A stretch of DNA of 64,000 nt from an uncultured delta proteobacterium. Its GTDB lineage: Bacteria; Desulfobacterota; WTBG01; CAIYCZ01. Each line of letters starts with the position of its first letter. Within the stretch, counting starts at the first letter, position 1. The stretch covers positions 1 through 64,000 of the forward strand of contig CAWDOY010000049.1 of NCBI GenBank assembly GCA_963803975.1. The letters are read 5' to 3'. Positions 56,029 to 64,000 of the stretch are shown piece by piece. The position numbers were made by a program, and so were the translations under genes. The notes under the pieces were generated by a model. The model searched no databases. It was given only the letters and a program-made list of their open reading frames with translations, and was not told the origin of the DNA.

Positions 56029-56174
56029 ATTTCGACCTCCAACAATTCTTCCGGCGAACAGATTTCCGGGCAAACATATCCTTCTTTTCCGACTACCTGC
56101 CGCACTCTTCTGCGAACAAACTGATTGTTTATGGGGTTAAAATTCCAAGTAACGATAATATCAGCGCCGTTCAT
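56025..56174 (-). pseudogene. C-terminal remnant of a PIN/VapC-like gene
   Basis: NGADIIVTWNF.PINN....RR.V......GY.CPEICSPEELL matches the recalled TWN..HI.N / P.IC(T/S)PEEL C-terminus; the N-terminal part is absent. Confidence 0.7.
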
Positions 56175-56971
56175 GAAGCGGCGAGAAAATTTAGCAGTAC
56201 CTCGTTCAGCTCAAACGGCTTCTCGTCGAAAAAAGCATGCCCGCCGCCTTTGATTATCGTGAACTGGGCCCCCCTGATGGCATCAGCCAGCTGTTTACAG
56301 AGTGCCGGAGGAACCACCAGGTCAAGCTCGCCTGCCACCACCAGCACCGGCGCTTTTATATTATGCAGTCGCCCCGAAGTATCAGCCGCAATCGCTGCCT
56401 GCGCCTTCCACTGAAAACCCCTGATGCTGTAAAAAGGCTCCTGCTCCTGTATCAGCTTCCGCGCCCAGTTAAGGGCCATCTGCTGGTCTTCAAAAAATTC
56501 CCTGGTATAAAGCCAGGGCAAAATTCCCTCACAGAGCAGCAGATGGCCGGTTTTTTCAACCGACTGCATCCAGAACTTTGCCAGCTGCCGGACAAAAGCA
56601 TCAGCCTTCATATACGTGCAGAGCAGTACCAGCCTGCCTGCCATCTCCGGGTATTTGATGGCAAACTCCTGGGCAATTGCGCCGCCCATTGAAGCACCGA
56701 TTACGTGCGCCTTATCAATCCCCAGAGCCTGTAACAAACAGGCGAGATCATCCGCCATCTGCAGACAGGTATAGGGCCCGTGCGGTGTATCAGAAAGACC
56801 GGTGCCCCGCGTGTCATAGGTAATGACACGGAAATGTTTGGCGAGCTCTTTCCGCTGAAAGCGCATCCCGGTGTGGTCGCGGTCAAGCCCCTGCACCAGG
56901 GCGACAGCCTCACCGTGGCCTTCCACTTCATAATAAATGCTTATCCCATTCTTAAGAGTAACGTTGGCCAT
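56171..56971 (-). CDS. Alpha/beta hydrolase (enol-lactonase/RutD-like)
   Basis: D.RGTG.S, GASMGG nucleophile elbow, GE.D, GGH. Confidence 0.92.
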   Translation of the reverse strand: MANVTLKNGISIYYEVEGHGEAVALVQGLDRDHTGMRFQRKELAKHFRVITYDTRGTGLSDTPHGPYTCLQMADDLACLLQALGIDKAHVIGASMGGAIAQEFAIKYPEMAGRLVLLCTYMKADAFVRQLAKFWMQSVEKTGHLLLCEGILPWLYTREFFEDQQMALNWARKLIQEQEPFYSIRGFQWKAQAAIAADTSGRLHNIKAPVLVVAGELDLVVPPALCKQLADAIRGAQFTIIKGGGHAFFDEKPFELNEVLLNFLAAS

Positions 56972-56990
56972 GACGAAAACCCTGTTTTAA

Positions 56991-57566
56991 TCAGCACCCG
57001 CATGTGTGACGAGCAGTTGCCTGCAGCTGCTCGCTGTCACACACCTGCAGCAGCGGAAAGAGCGGTGTTTTGCGGAACGCGTCGAGCACCGGCCCGTGAT
57101 ACTGCGCCCGGTGAGCAGCGCAGCAGTCCTCAAGGATAACAGCTGAAAAGTCATTGCTCACCGCGTCAAGCGCCGTGGCCAGAACACATACATGGGTGGC
57201 TATGCCTGCTATCAGCACCGTATCCACCTTCCCGGTACGCAGCGTCTGGTCAAGATCGGTTTTAAAAAATGCGCTGAAGCGGCGCTTCTCTACTATAACG
57301 TCATGCGGCTCCCGGTGCAGTTCAGAGATCACCTCCGCGCCCCGGGTGCCGCGCAGGCTGTGGGGCTCCATTCTGCCTCTGAAAATAAAATCATCTGCAA
57401 GAAAACTGTCACAGGCAAAAACAACCGGAAGCTTTTGTTCGTGGAACCAGTCAAGCCACTCATTGAGCCGCGGCAGAAAATTACGGGCTGCCTGCACCAG
57501 CTCTGTTTCCGAGTGCCCCTCAAAGGTATCCTTCAGCATATCGACAATGAGCAATGCCGGTTTCAT
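56991..57566 (-). CDS. Isochorismatase-family cysteine hydrolase
   Basis: LLIVDM, EKRRFSAF..TDL, GIATHVCV (Asp-Lys-Cys triad). Confidence 0.92.
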   Translation of the reverse strand: MKPALLIVDMLKDTFEGHSETELVQAARNFLPRLNEWLDWFHEQKLPVVFACDSFLADDFIFRGRMEPHSLRGTRGAEVISELHREPHDVIVEKRRFSAFFKTDLDQTLRTGKVDTVLIAGIATHVCVLATALDAVSNDFSAVILEDCCAAHRAQYHGPVLDAFRKTPLFPLLQVCDSEQLQATARHTCGC

Positions 57567-58216
57567 GGCTCTATTTCCTTTTCTGACATGAGCCATGCGG
57601 GCAATTGTGCTACATCATCAATAATATACCGATCGCTGAGCCCGTTTTCCATAAAGGCGTGCCGCGAGAAATATCCGGTGAGCACGGCAACAAACTTGAG
57701 CCCTGCGCCGTGGGCTGCCTGCATGTCTCCCAGGTGGTCGCCTACATACAGCACCTGCGCCCGGTCAAGTTCGCCGAGGTGCGGCTCCAGCACATCAAAG
57801 GCCCGGGGATCAGGCTTCTGGAATGCCATCTCTTCGCTGGTGAAGATTTTTTTGATGGCAGTCATATCAATGCCTGATTGTGCCAGGCGCAGGTCAAGGA
57901 AAGTTCGTGAGCGTTTGGTTAAAATATACAGGTCATAATTTTCCCTGAGAAGGTTGAGTGTTGTATTCACGCCCTTAAACCGGTTATATACTATCTGCCG
58001 GGCAAGTTCAGTGTACACGCGATCAAATGCTTCAGGGTCGGTATCCGGCCAGGTCTGCTTGATGAAATCGTGCCAGCTGTCCCCGTACCAGATAAAATCC
58101 TCTTCCGTGGGCACCCTGATGCCCATAACTTCCGCTGCTTTCACGCAGGTGGCGATATAATTTTTCCGCGACTCAATCAGCGTGTCATCAAAATCAAAAA
58201 TTATTATCTTTATCAT
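57563..58216 (-). CDS. HAD-family hydrolase
   Basis: FDFDDTL, KPDP, YVGD...D. Confidence 0.92.
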   Translation of the reverse strand: MIKIIIFDFDDTLIESRKNYIATCVKAAEVMGIRVPTEEDFIWYGDSWHDFIKQTWPDTDPEAFDRVYTELARQIVYNRFKGVNTTLNLLRENYDLYILTKRSRTFLDLRLAQSGIDMTAIKKIFTSEEMAFQKPDPRAFDVLEPHLGELDRAQVLYVGDHLGDMQAAHGAGLKFVAVLTGYFSRHAFMENGLSDRYIIDDVAQLPAWLMSEKEIEP

Positions 58217-58422
58217 ACACAAAAATATCCTCAGCCACGAATTCACACAAATAAATACGAATCATAGCTATAGATTCAAGACCTGGACCATCTTTATTTG
58301 TGAGCATTCGTGTTGTTCGTGGCAAATTCCACGTAACCTTGAAACTTAATAAAAATCCCCCTGAATCCCCCGTTGCAGCGAGGGGACTGAGGAGGATTTT
58401 AATTTCGCATATCCGGCATACC

Positions 58423-60627
58423 TCATTGAGCCGCACAGCGCTCTTGTTCTGCCTGCTCTATCCTGTTTACCCGTTCACGCGCAGCCCGGACTATATCCGG
58501 GAATTCCGGCTGGTCAAACCCGAGCCTTTTCAGGGACTCATCGGTGGGTATGCCGTTCTGATCATAACCTTTTTCCTTGTAAACGACATCGGTCAGCTTT
58601 TCATACTGTGCCCGGCGATACTGGTGAAGAAGTGCCAGCCGCTCTTCATTAGATGAGCCGTCAAGGTCATATCCTGCCGCATCCTTCAGGTACGTATCGT
58701 AGTAGCTTTTGCGCGAGAGATACTCGTGCATAAATACCGGCGCCATGGCGCGCAGCGGTATGGTGTCATGCTCCCGGGTGCCGAACCCCTGCCGCAGGTT
58801 GATGAGCTTCTGCAGCATGTAGCAGCGCTCTGATTCAAGCAGCAGGTCATCAAGGGTCTTGTCCGTGCCGAAGGTTCCGTTGACCAGCTCAAGGTAATAG
58901 TCCACGGTGGGAAGATTTTTTGCCGGGAACGGGGTATCCTTTGCCCTGGGGTTGCGCACGTCAATCCAGGGAAGCTTGCACAGCCCGACTATGTTAAACC
59001 AGGTGCGAAACAGCGGAAACCAGAGCAGCGCCTCGGCCTTATCCTCAAACGTGGGCAGCTCTTTGCGCAGCTGGTCAATGGCAATAAGCCATGACTCATC
59101 ATGCTGCGGCCCCTTCAGGGCGAAGCCGTATCCGCCCTGCTGGGCCAGAGACTCTTTGGTTATATACATGGAGAATTCAAGGCCCTTGGTCTCCATGGCA
59201 AAGAGCGACAGCTCCGCACGTATATCTTCGCGAGAGCGCTTGAGGCGCGCTGCGGCACGGTCTGCAATCCACCCCTTCATGTAGCGCACACCGTGGCCCG
59301 CGGCCGCCGGCAATCCGGGCTTTCCTGCTGCCATCGCGTGCAGGAAGTCAAGGGCGGTAGCGGCGTCGCCCCAGGTTAGCTTTAATCCGCCGGTGTCTTC
59401 TTCAGTCAGCAGGCCCCGCTCAAATGCTTCATAGACAAATGACATAACCACGCCGGCGCTGATGGTGTCAACGCTGTACTGGTCGCAGTACCACGAGTAT
59501 TCGAGCATGTAATCGATCTCAAAGATGCCAAGGTTGCTCGCTGTTGCCGCGGTTTCATATTCAGGTCCGTCAACACCGACCCGGGTGCCGGCAAACGGCC
59601 CGGTTTGCAGAACGTAGTTTTCGCATCCTTTGGTGCAGGCAAGGTTGCACCCCGGGTAGCAGCCGTCCGGCACATTCTGCTTGAACACCTCACGTTCAAA
59701 CACTTTTCCCGAGATGTTTTGTGACTGCTCGCTGCTGCCAAACTGAAAATTTTTAACCGGGAGAAGCTCGTTGGTGTTCATCATGTCAATGAGCGAGGTG
59801 GTGCCCTGGTTCACCAGGCGCATCGCCTGGGGATCAACCTCCCGGATAACATCGCGCAGCTTGTGACCCGCGGCTGTGACCTGTTCATGGTTTGCCGGGT
59901 GGTTGGCATTGCCGCGGTGCACGTTGCACTTTACCAGGATGCCCCACAGCCCTTTTTCGCACATCACGGTGCCGGTGCCGCCGCGGCCCGCCTGCTTTGA
60001 GCGGCAGCGCTGCCGCCGGCTGTCATAGTAGACGCTGTTCAGGCAGCCGAACCAGGTATGCTGCGCGCCAATGCCCGCGGTAACAAAGGCGACATTGGCC
60101 TCTTTCCCGTCACCCTTCCACTGTTCGATAAGTTCTTCTGCGCCATGAATGGTGACATCTACCGCAGGGGCTTCAACAATGCGTATCTCATGCGCGTCCG
60201 CATCAATCACCACCATCACTCTGTTCTCTGATTTACCGGTAACAGCAATGGCATCAAACCCCGAGAGCTTTACCAGGGGGAAGAAATGTCCCCCCACGTT
60301 GGAGTCGCAGAAGGTATTGGTCAGCGGCGAGATGGTTCCGGCGATGAATTTACCGGTGCCCACAAAACCGGTTTCACCGCAGAAGGGCCCGCCGGACAGG
60401 GCCAGCACGTTTTCCGGGCTGTCATGGCGCGTTGCCGCAGTGGTGCCGTCATAGACAAATTTCAAACAGTAGCCCCTGCCCCCGACGTAGGCCTTTTTAA
60501 CTTCCTGCGAAATTGGTTCTATGGTAATGCGCCGGGTGCTGAGATCAATTTTTAATACGCGGTCCGTATAGCCCTGTTCAAGCGGAGCACTCGTATAACT
60601 TATTGCTGCATACTTCATACTGCACAT
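58423..60627 (-). CDS. Aldehyde:ferredoxin oxidoreductase family protein (intact)
   Basis: GGRGY, SPLT...DSN.GG, AGRGG.G.V, C..GC.L.C, GPEYET, G.D.NGIPT. Confidence 0.93.
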   Translation of the reverse strand: MCSMKYAAISYTSAPLEQGYTDRVLKIDLSTRRITIEPISQEVKKAYVGGRGYCLKFVYDGTTAATRHDSPENVLALSGGPFCGETGFVGTGKFIAGTISPLTNTFCDSNVGGHFFPLVKLSGFDAIAVTGKSENRVMVVIDADAHEIRIVEAPAVDVTIHGAEELIEQWKGDGKEANVAFVTAGIGAQHTWFGCLNSVYYDSRRQRCRSKQAGRGGTGTVMCEKGLWGILVKCNVHRGNANHPANHEQVTAAGHKLRDVIREVDPQAMRLVNQGTTSLIDMMNTNELLPVKNFQFGSSEQSQNISGKVFEREVFKQNVPDGCYPGCNLACTKGCENYVLQTGPFAGTRVGVDGPEYETAATASNLGIFEIDYMLEYSWYCDQYSVDTISAGVVMSFVYEAFERGLLTEEDTGGLKLTWGDAATALDFLHAMAAGKPGLPAAAGHGVRYMKGWIADRAAARLKRSREDIRAELSLFAMETKGLEFSMYITKESLAQQGGYGFALKGPQHDESWLIAIDQLRKELPTFEDKAEALLWFPLFRTWFNIVGLCKLPWIDVRNPRAKDTPFPAKNLPTVDYYLELVNGTFGTDKTLDDLLLESERCYMLQKLINLRQGFGTREHDTIPLRAMAPVFMHEYLSRKSYYDTYLKDAAGYDLDGSSNEERLALLHQYRRAQYEKLTDVVYKEKGYDQNGIPTDESLKRLGFDQPEFPDIVRAARERVNRIEQAEQERCAAQ

Positions 60628-60824
60628 CTCCCGTCATATAAAAAATAAAACTGAAAGTATAGGGGTAAGGCCTGAGGGTGTCAATCCAAAAAGCTGCTAT
60701 GCGAGTGAAACGGCGGGGTAATGGCCGCGTTGATGCCCCCGTTAATTAATTAAAGAGGCTGAAAGCTGACAGCCGTTCGGCCCAGAGCTCACGGTCGAGG
60801 GGCTATCAGCTCTCAGCTTTTTCT

Positions 60825-61883
60825 TTATGCTTTGGCCACAAAATCCGCCAGCAGATCCCCCACCTGGCTGGTGCTGTAGCCCATTTTCCCGGCCGCCATG
60901 CTCTTCATGTCCGTGCTGACAACTTTCACAATCGCCCTTTCCACCAGGCCTGCGGCATCATCTTCGCCCAGGAAAGAGAGCATCATCTGCAGTGCGGCAA
61001 CGGCAGCAATGGGGTTGATCACGTTCTTTCCGGTATACTTGGGTGCCGAGCCGCCCATGGGCTCAAACATGGACACGCCCTGCGGATTGATGTTGCCGCC
61101 GGCGGCCACGCCGACACCGCCCTGGATCATGGCCGCGAGGTCAGTGATGATGTCGCCGAACATATTGTCGGTGACGATGACATCAAACCACTCGGGGTTT
61201 TTCACCATCCACATGCAGATGGCGTCAACGTTTGCGTAGTCGGGGGCAATATCCGGGTACTCTTGTGCCACGCTGTTAAACGTGCGCTGCCACAGGTCAT
61301 GGGCATAGGTGAGGACATTGGTCTTGCCGCAGAAGGTGAGCTTCTTGTCTTTGCCGCGCTTGCGGCAGAAGTCAAAGGCAAAGCGCACGCAGCGCTCAAC
61401 GCCTTTCCGGGTATTGATTGACTCCTGGATGGCGATCTCATCCGCTGTGCCCTTTTTTAAAAAACCGCCCGAGCCGGTGTAGAGTCCCTCGGTGTTTTCC
61501 CGCACCACCACAAAATCTATGTCCGCCGGGCCTTTGTCTTTAAGCGGCGTTTCCACCCCCGGCAAAAGCTTGACCGGCCGCAGGTTTATATACTGGTCAA
61601 GCTCAAAGCGCATGGCAAGCAGAATCCCCTTTTCCAGGATGCCCGGCTTCACCTCCGGATGCCCGATGGCGCCAAGATATATGGCATGAAACTGGCGCAG
61701 CTCGTTGAGCACGCTTTCCGGCAGAAGCTCGCCGGTCTTCATGTAGCGCTCGCCGCCCAGATCATAGCTGACCAGCTCATATTTTATATTCTTTTTCTGC
61801 GCAACAGCTTTTAAAACCTTTAACCCTTCGCGAATCACTTCCGGCCCGGTTCCGTCTCCTGGTATTAAGGCAATCTTGTACAT
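60825..61883 (-). CDS. leuB: 3-isopropylmalate dehydrogenase
   Basis: PGDGTGPEV, NLRP, RENTEG.Y, NMFGDI.TD, FEP.GGSAP. Confidence 0.9.
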   Translation of the reverse strand: MYKIALIPGDGTGPEVIREGLKVLKAVAQKKNIKYELVSYDLGGERYMKTGELLPESVLNELRQFHAIYLGAIGHPEVKPGILEKGILLAMRFELDQYINLRPVKLLPGVETPLKDKGPADIDFVVVRENTEGLYTGSGGFLKKGTADEIAIQESINTRKGVERCVRFAFDFCRKRGKDKKLTFCGKTNVLTYAHDLWQRTFNSVAQEYPDIAPDYANVDAICMWMVKNPEWFDVIVTDNMFGDIITDLAAMIQGGVGVAAGGNINPQGVSMFEPMGGSAPKYTGKNVINPIAAVAALQMMLSFLGEDDAAGLVERAIVKVVSTDMKSMAAGKMGYSTSQVGDLLADFVAKA

Positions 61884-62140
61884 GATACTAAATCCTTTCT
61901 TCGATTATAAGCGATGAGCTCTCAGCAATCAGCTGTCAGTCCAAAATAAATCCCCTGCCTCGACGGGAGGGGACTTCGGGGCGGGTGATAACCCTGTCCC
62001 ATGCTGGATACAGATAGTAAAATACCTTGTAATTATGAAGTATATGAAAAAGATACTGCTCTGTCAAGGGGCTGGCTTTACTCCAGCCGCACACCCAGAA
62101 CAGCCTTGACAGCCCTGTACATTAATAATAGGTTAACAGC

Positions 62141-62359
62141 ATGAAGCGCAATACGAACTATCTCATACTATTAATTATAGTTTCTCTCCTTCTTCCGGGG
62201 TGCGGATTATTAAAAAGATTCTTTGACCGGAGACCGCGCGAGCCGGTTGCGCGCAAAGGCCTTGGACATATGGGTGAGATTTGGGGCGTTGCATCAGAGA
62301 AAGCACGGGAGCCGCTGGATGAGGCGGTGCAAGCGCTGCGGGAGGCGTTTAAAAAGTAG
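62141..62359 (+). CDS. Small putative lipoprotein
   Basis: Basic N-terminus, hydrophobic core, LPGC lipobox; TTGACA...TAATAA promoter-like sequence just upstream. Confidence 0.55.
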   Translation: MKRNTNYLILLIIVSLLLPGCGLLKRFFDRRPREPVARKGLGHMGEIWGVASEKAREPLDEAVQALREAFKK

Positions 62360-62628
62360 CTGCTGATGGCTGGAGCGCGCACATGGCACCTCTTGATTTG
62401 TGCTCTTTGGAAAGTAATAATTCAAAATCTTTCTAACGGTAAACAGCAACGTGCACCTCCCGCAGATAAAGCCCTTGAATCGGGAATCCGTGAACCCTCA
62501 GTCCTACGATTCATAAATTCGGTGTCGAATTTACTCACTCAGGACTTAGTGCTGAGTGAGCATTGCAAGGCATTTCTTTGGATCCCATACGTCACCGTAT
62601 TTGCGAATCGAAGCACTCAGCCCCTGTT

Positions 62629-63114
62629 TTAAAAATACAGAATCTCTCCGGTAATTTTTTCTTCTATGGTGAGAACGCCCATGGACTGAAATTGAGCAAA
62701 ACGGCTATCGGTGGGGCTTCCGGGGTTGCAGATGAGTATGCCGTCTTTATGTTCATTCTTTGCCCGGTGGGAATGCCCGTAGACGAGCACATCAATCCTG
62801 TCCTCTTTGAACGAAGCGAGTATTCTGTTTTCCAGCCCCGCAGGACTTCCCCATCCATGCATCACCCCGATTGAAAACCCGCCAATCTGTATAATGCGCC
62901 TTGCCGGAAGCCTCTGCCGTGTTTCACCGCCATCCATGTTGCCGTACACACCATAAAAGGGAGCAATTGATTGCAGCGTATCAATTACTGATGCAACCTG
63001 ATAGTCGCCGGCATGGATGATAGCATCTGCATGTTCAAGGTTTTTATATACGTCCTTTGGCAGCTCTTTCGCAGCAAAGGGCAGGTGGGTGTCTGAGAGG
63101 ACCGCAATCTTCAT
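62629..63114 (-). CDS. Metallophosphoesterase (YfcE/Vps29 family)
   Basis: SDTH, HAGD, GNMD, HG, GHSH, NPGS. Confidence 0.93.
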   Translation of the reverse strand: MKIAVLSDTHLPFAAKELPKDVYKNLEHADAIIHAGDYQVASVIDTLQSIAPFYGVYGNMDGGETRQRLPARRIIQIGGFSIGVMHGWGSPAGLENRILASFKEDRIDVLVYGHSHRAKNEHKDGILICNPGSPTDSRFAQFQSMGVLTIEEKITGEILYF

Positions 63115-63332
63115 AGCTATTATGTGTAACGCGTTTTTCTAAATGCTGCAATGGTTTTACCAATGGTGCAGCATATTTACCGATGATAAAATGCAGATTG
63201 CAGCATCATTTTGACTTCAGTAAAAATTGGTGTTAGTAATGAGAAATGGCTTAAAGTTCACGGACTCGGTACCCGTACCGGGACCATGCCGTGACCGGGG
63301 TTATTTCATTATATGGTGGGGAGGAAACAACC

Positions 63333-64000
63333 ATGAAAAAACTATCGGCAACTATTGTTATTGCTATCCTGCTGCTGGCAGGAAACACGCATGCTTTCCT
63401 CGGTCTGAGCTGCAATCCGGAAGACAAGGACCAGTACGAAGGGGTTGACTGCGCCCAGTGCCACGGCCCGGGGGCAAGCTGGGATATGCTGTGCGGGGCT
63501 TTTGACCCGGCAAAAGCCATTCGCATCGAGTATGAAAGTCCCAGGGGCTGTGATGAAGTGTCAGGCACCATAAAGATCAGAGCGTCACTTCAGGGTGTTG
63601 GTGCGCCGACACCGGCAGCAATGAAATATGAGCTGCGTACCGAGCCACAGGGCACTCCGACGGTACTCACTGGAACGCCTCCTGCCTATGAAGCAAGCTT
63701 TGATACCACCACGGTGCGGGATGGCTTTGTTGCTTTGACGGCAATCCCGGTGGATGGGAATGGTGATAAAATAAATATCAGCAGACCGCCCTATAGTGCA
63801 CCAGGTATCATACCACCCTACCGCGGATTTCTGGTCAATAATGGCCTCGATGTTTCTAAGCCGCTTATCGTTATCGGTTCTCCACTACATCCCTATCCCG
63901 GACCGTTTGCCGGTTGGACACCTGATGAGTTAAAGGGCAATTTAACCTTTGCCTTAAACCTTGCAGAGCATCTCGGGGGATTGGGGTTTCTCCCGGAGTT
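63333..64000 (+). CDS. Secreted protein with a single CxxCH motif (runs off the window end)
   Basis: GGAGG RBS; signal peptide ending THA; CAQCH at residues 40-44; frame open to 64000. Confidence 0.75.
   Translation, partial: MKKLSATIVIAILLLAGNTHAFLGLSCNPEDKDQYEGVDCAQCHGPGASWDMLCGAFDPAKAIRIEYESPRGCDEVSGTIKIRASLQGVGAPTPAAMKYELRTEPQGTPTVLTGTPPAYEASFDTTTVRDGFVALTAIPVDGNGDKINISRPPYSAPGIIPPYRGFLVNNGLDVSKPLIVIGSPLHPYPGPFAGWTPDELKGNLTFALNLAEHLGGLGFLPE

Noticed and set aside
62366..62632. 88-aa ORF or endonuclease remnant
   Set aside because: No RBS or convincing motif; the region contains short CTCAG/CTGAG repeats and is probably intergenic

Overview
A 64-kb chromosomal window from an anaerobic, probably Desulfobacterota (deltaproteobacterial) organism; the taxon is inferred from gene content and order. 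Most of it is housekeeping or metabolic: tRNA-Lys(CTT), trmB, ahcY, a PfkB/adenosine kinase, two aldehyde:ferredoxin oxidoreductases, the tilS-ftsH-folP-pdxJ-nnr-tsaE-lysC-cimA-comEA cluster, opgG/opgH, two sensor kinases, hemW-lepA and leuB. Many genes carry single-base indels in patches, which is best explained by an under-polished long-read consensus. Non-routine features are: (1) a diverged ~2.24-kb tandem duplication of trxB plus a lytic transglycosylase; (2) at least three families of miniature inverted-repeat elements, plus short-period repeat hairpins in many intergenic spacers; (3) an apparent fission of the OpgH N-terminal domain; (4) an accessory patchwork at ~49.2-56.2 kb, visibly AT-rich over ~49.3-54.4 kb. 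In that patchwork, intact cargo genes and truncated defence/TA fragments abut recurring short GGGGTCAGGTCTT/GGGACAGATTTATTT-type motifs. It is the best candidate here for an undescribed gene-turnover system, but that reading is inference. No CRISPR array, integrase, transposase gene or prophage was seen. All family assignments come from motif recognition by eye; no database search was run.
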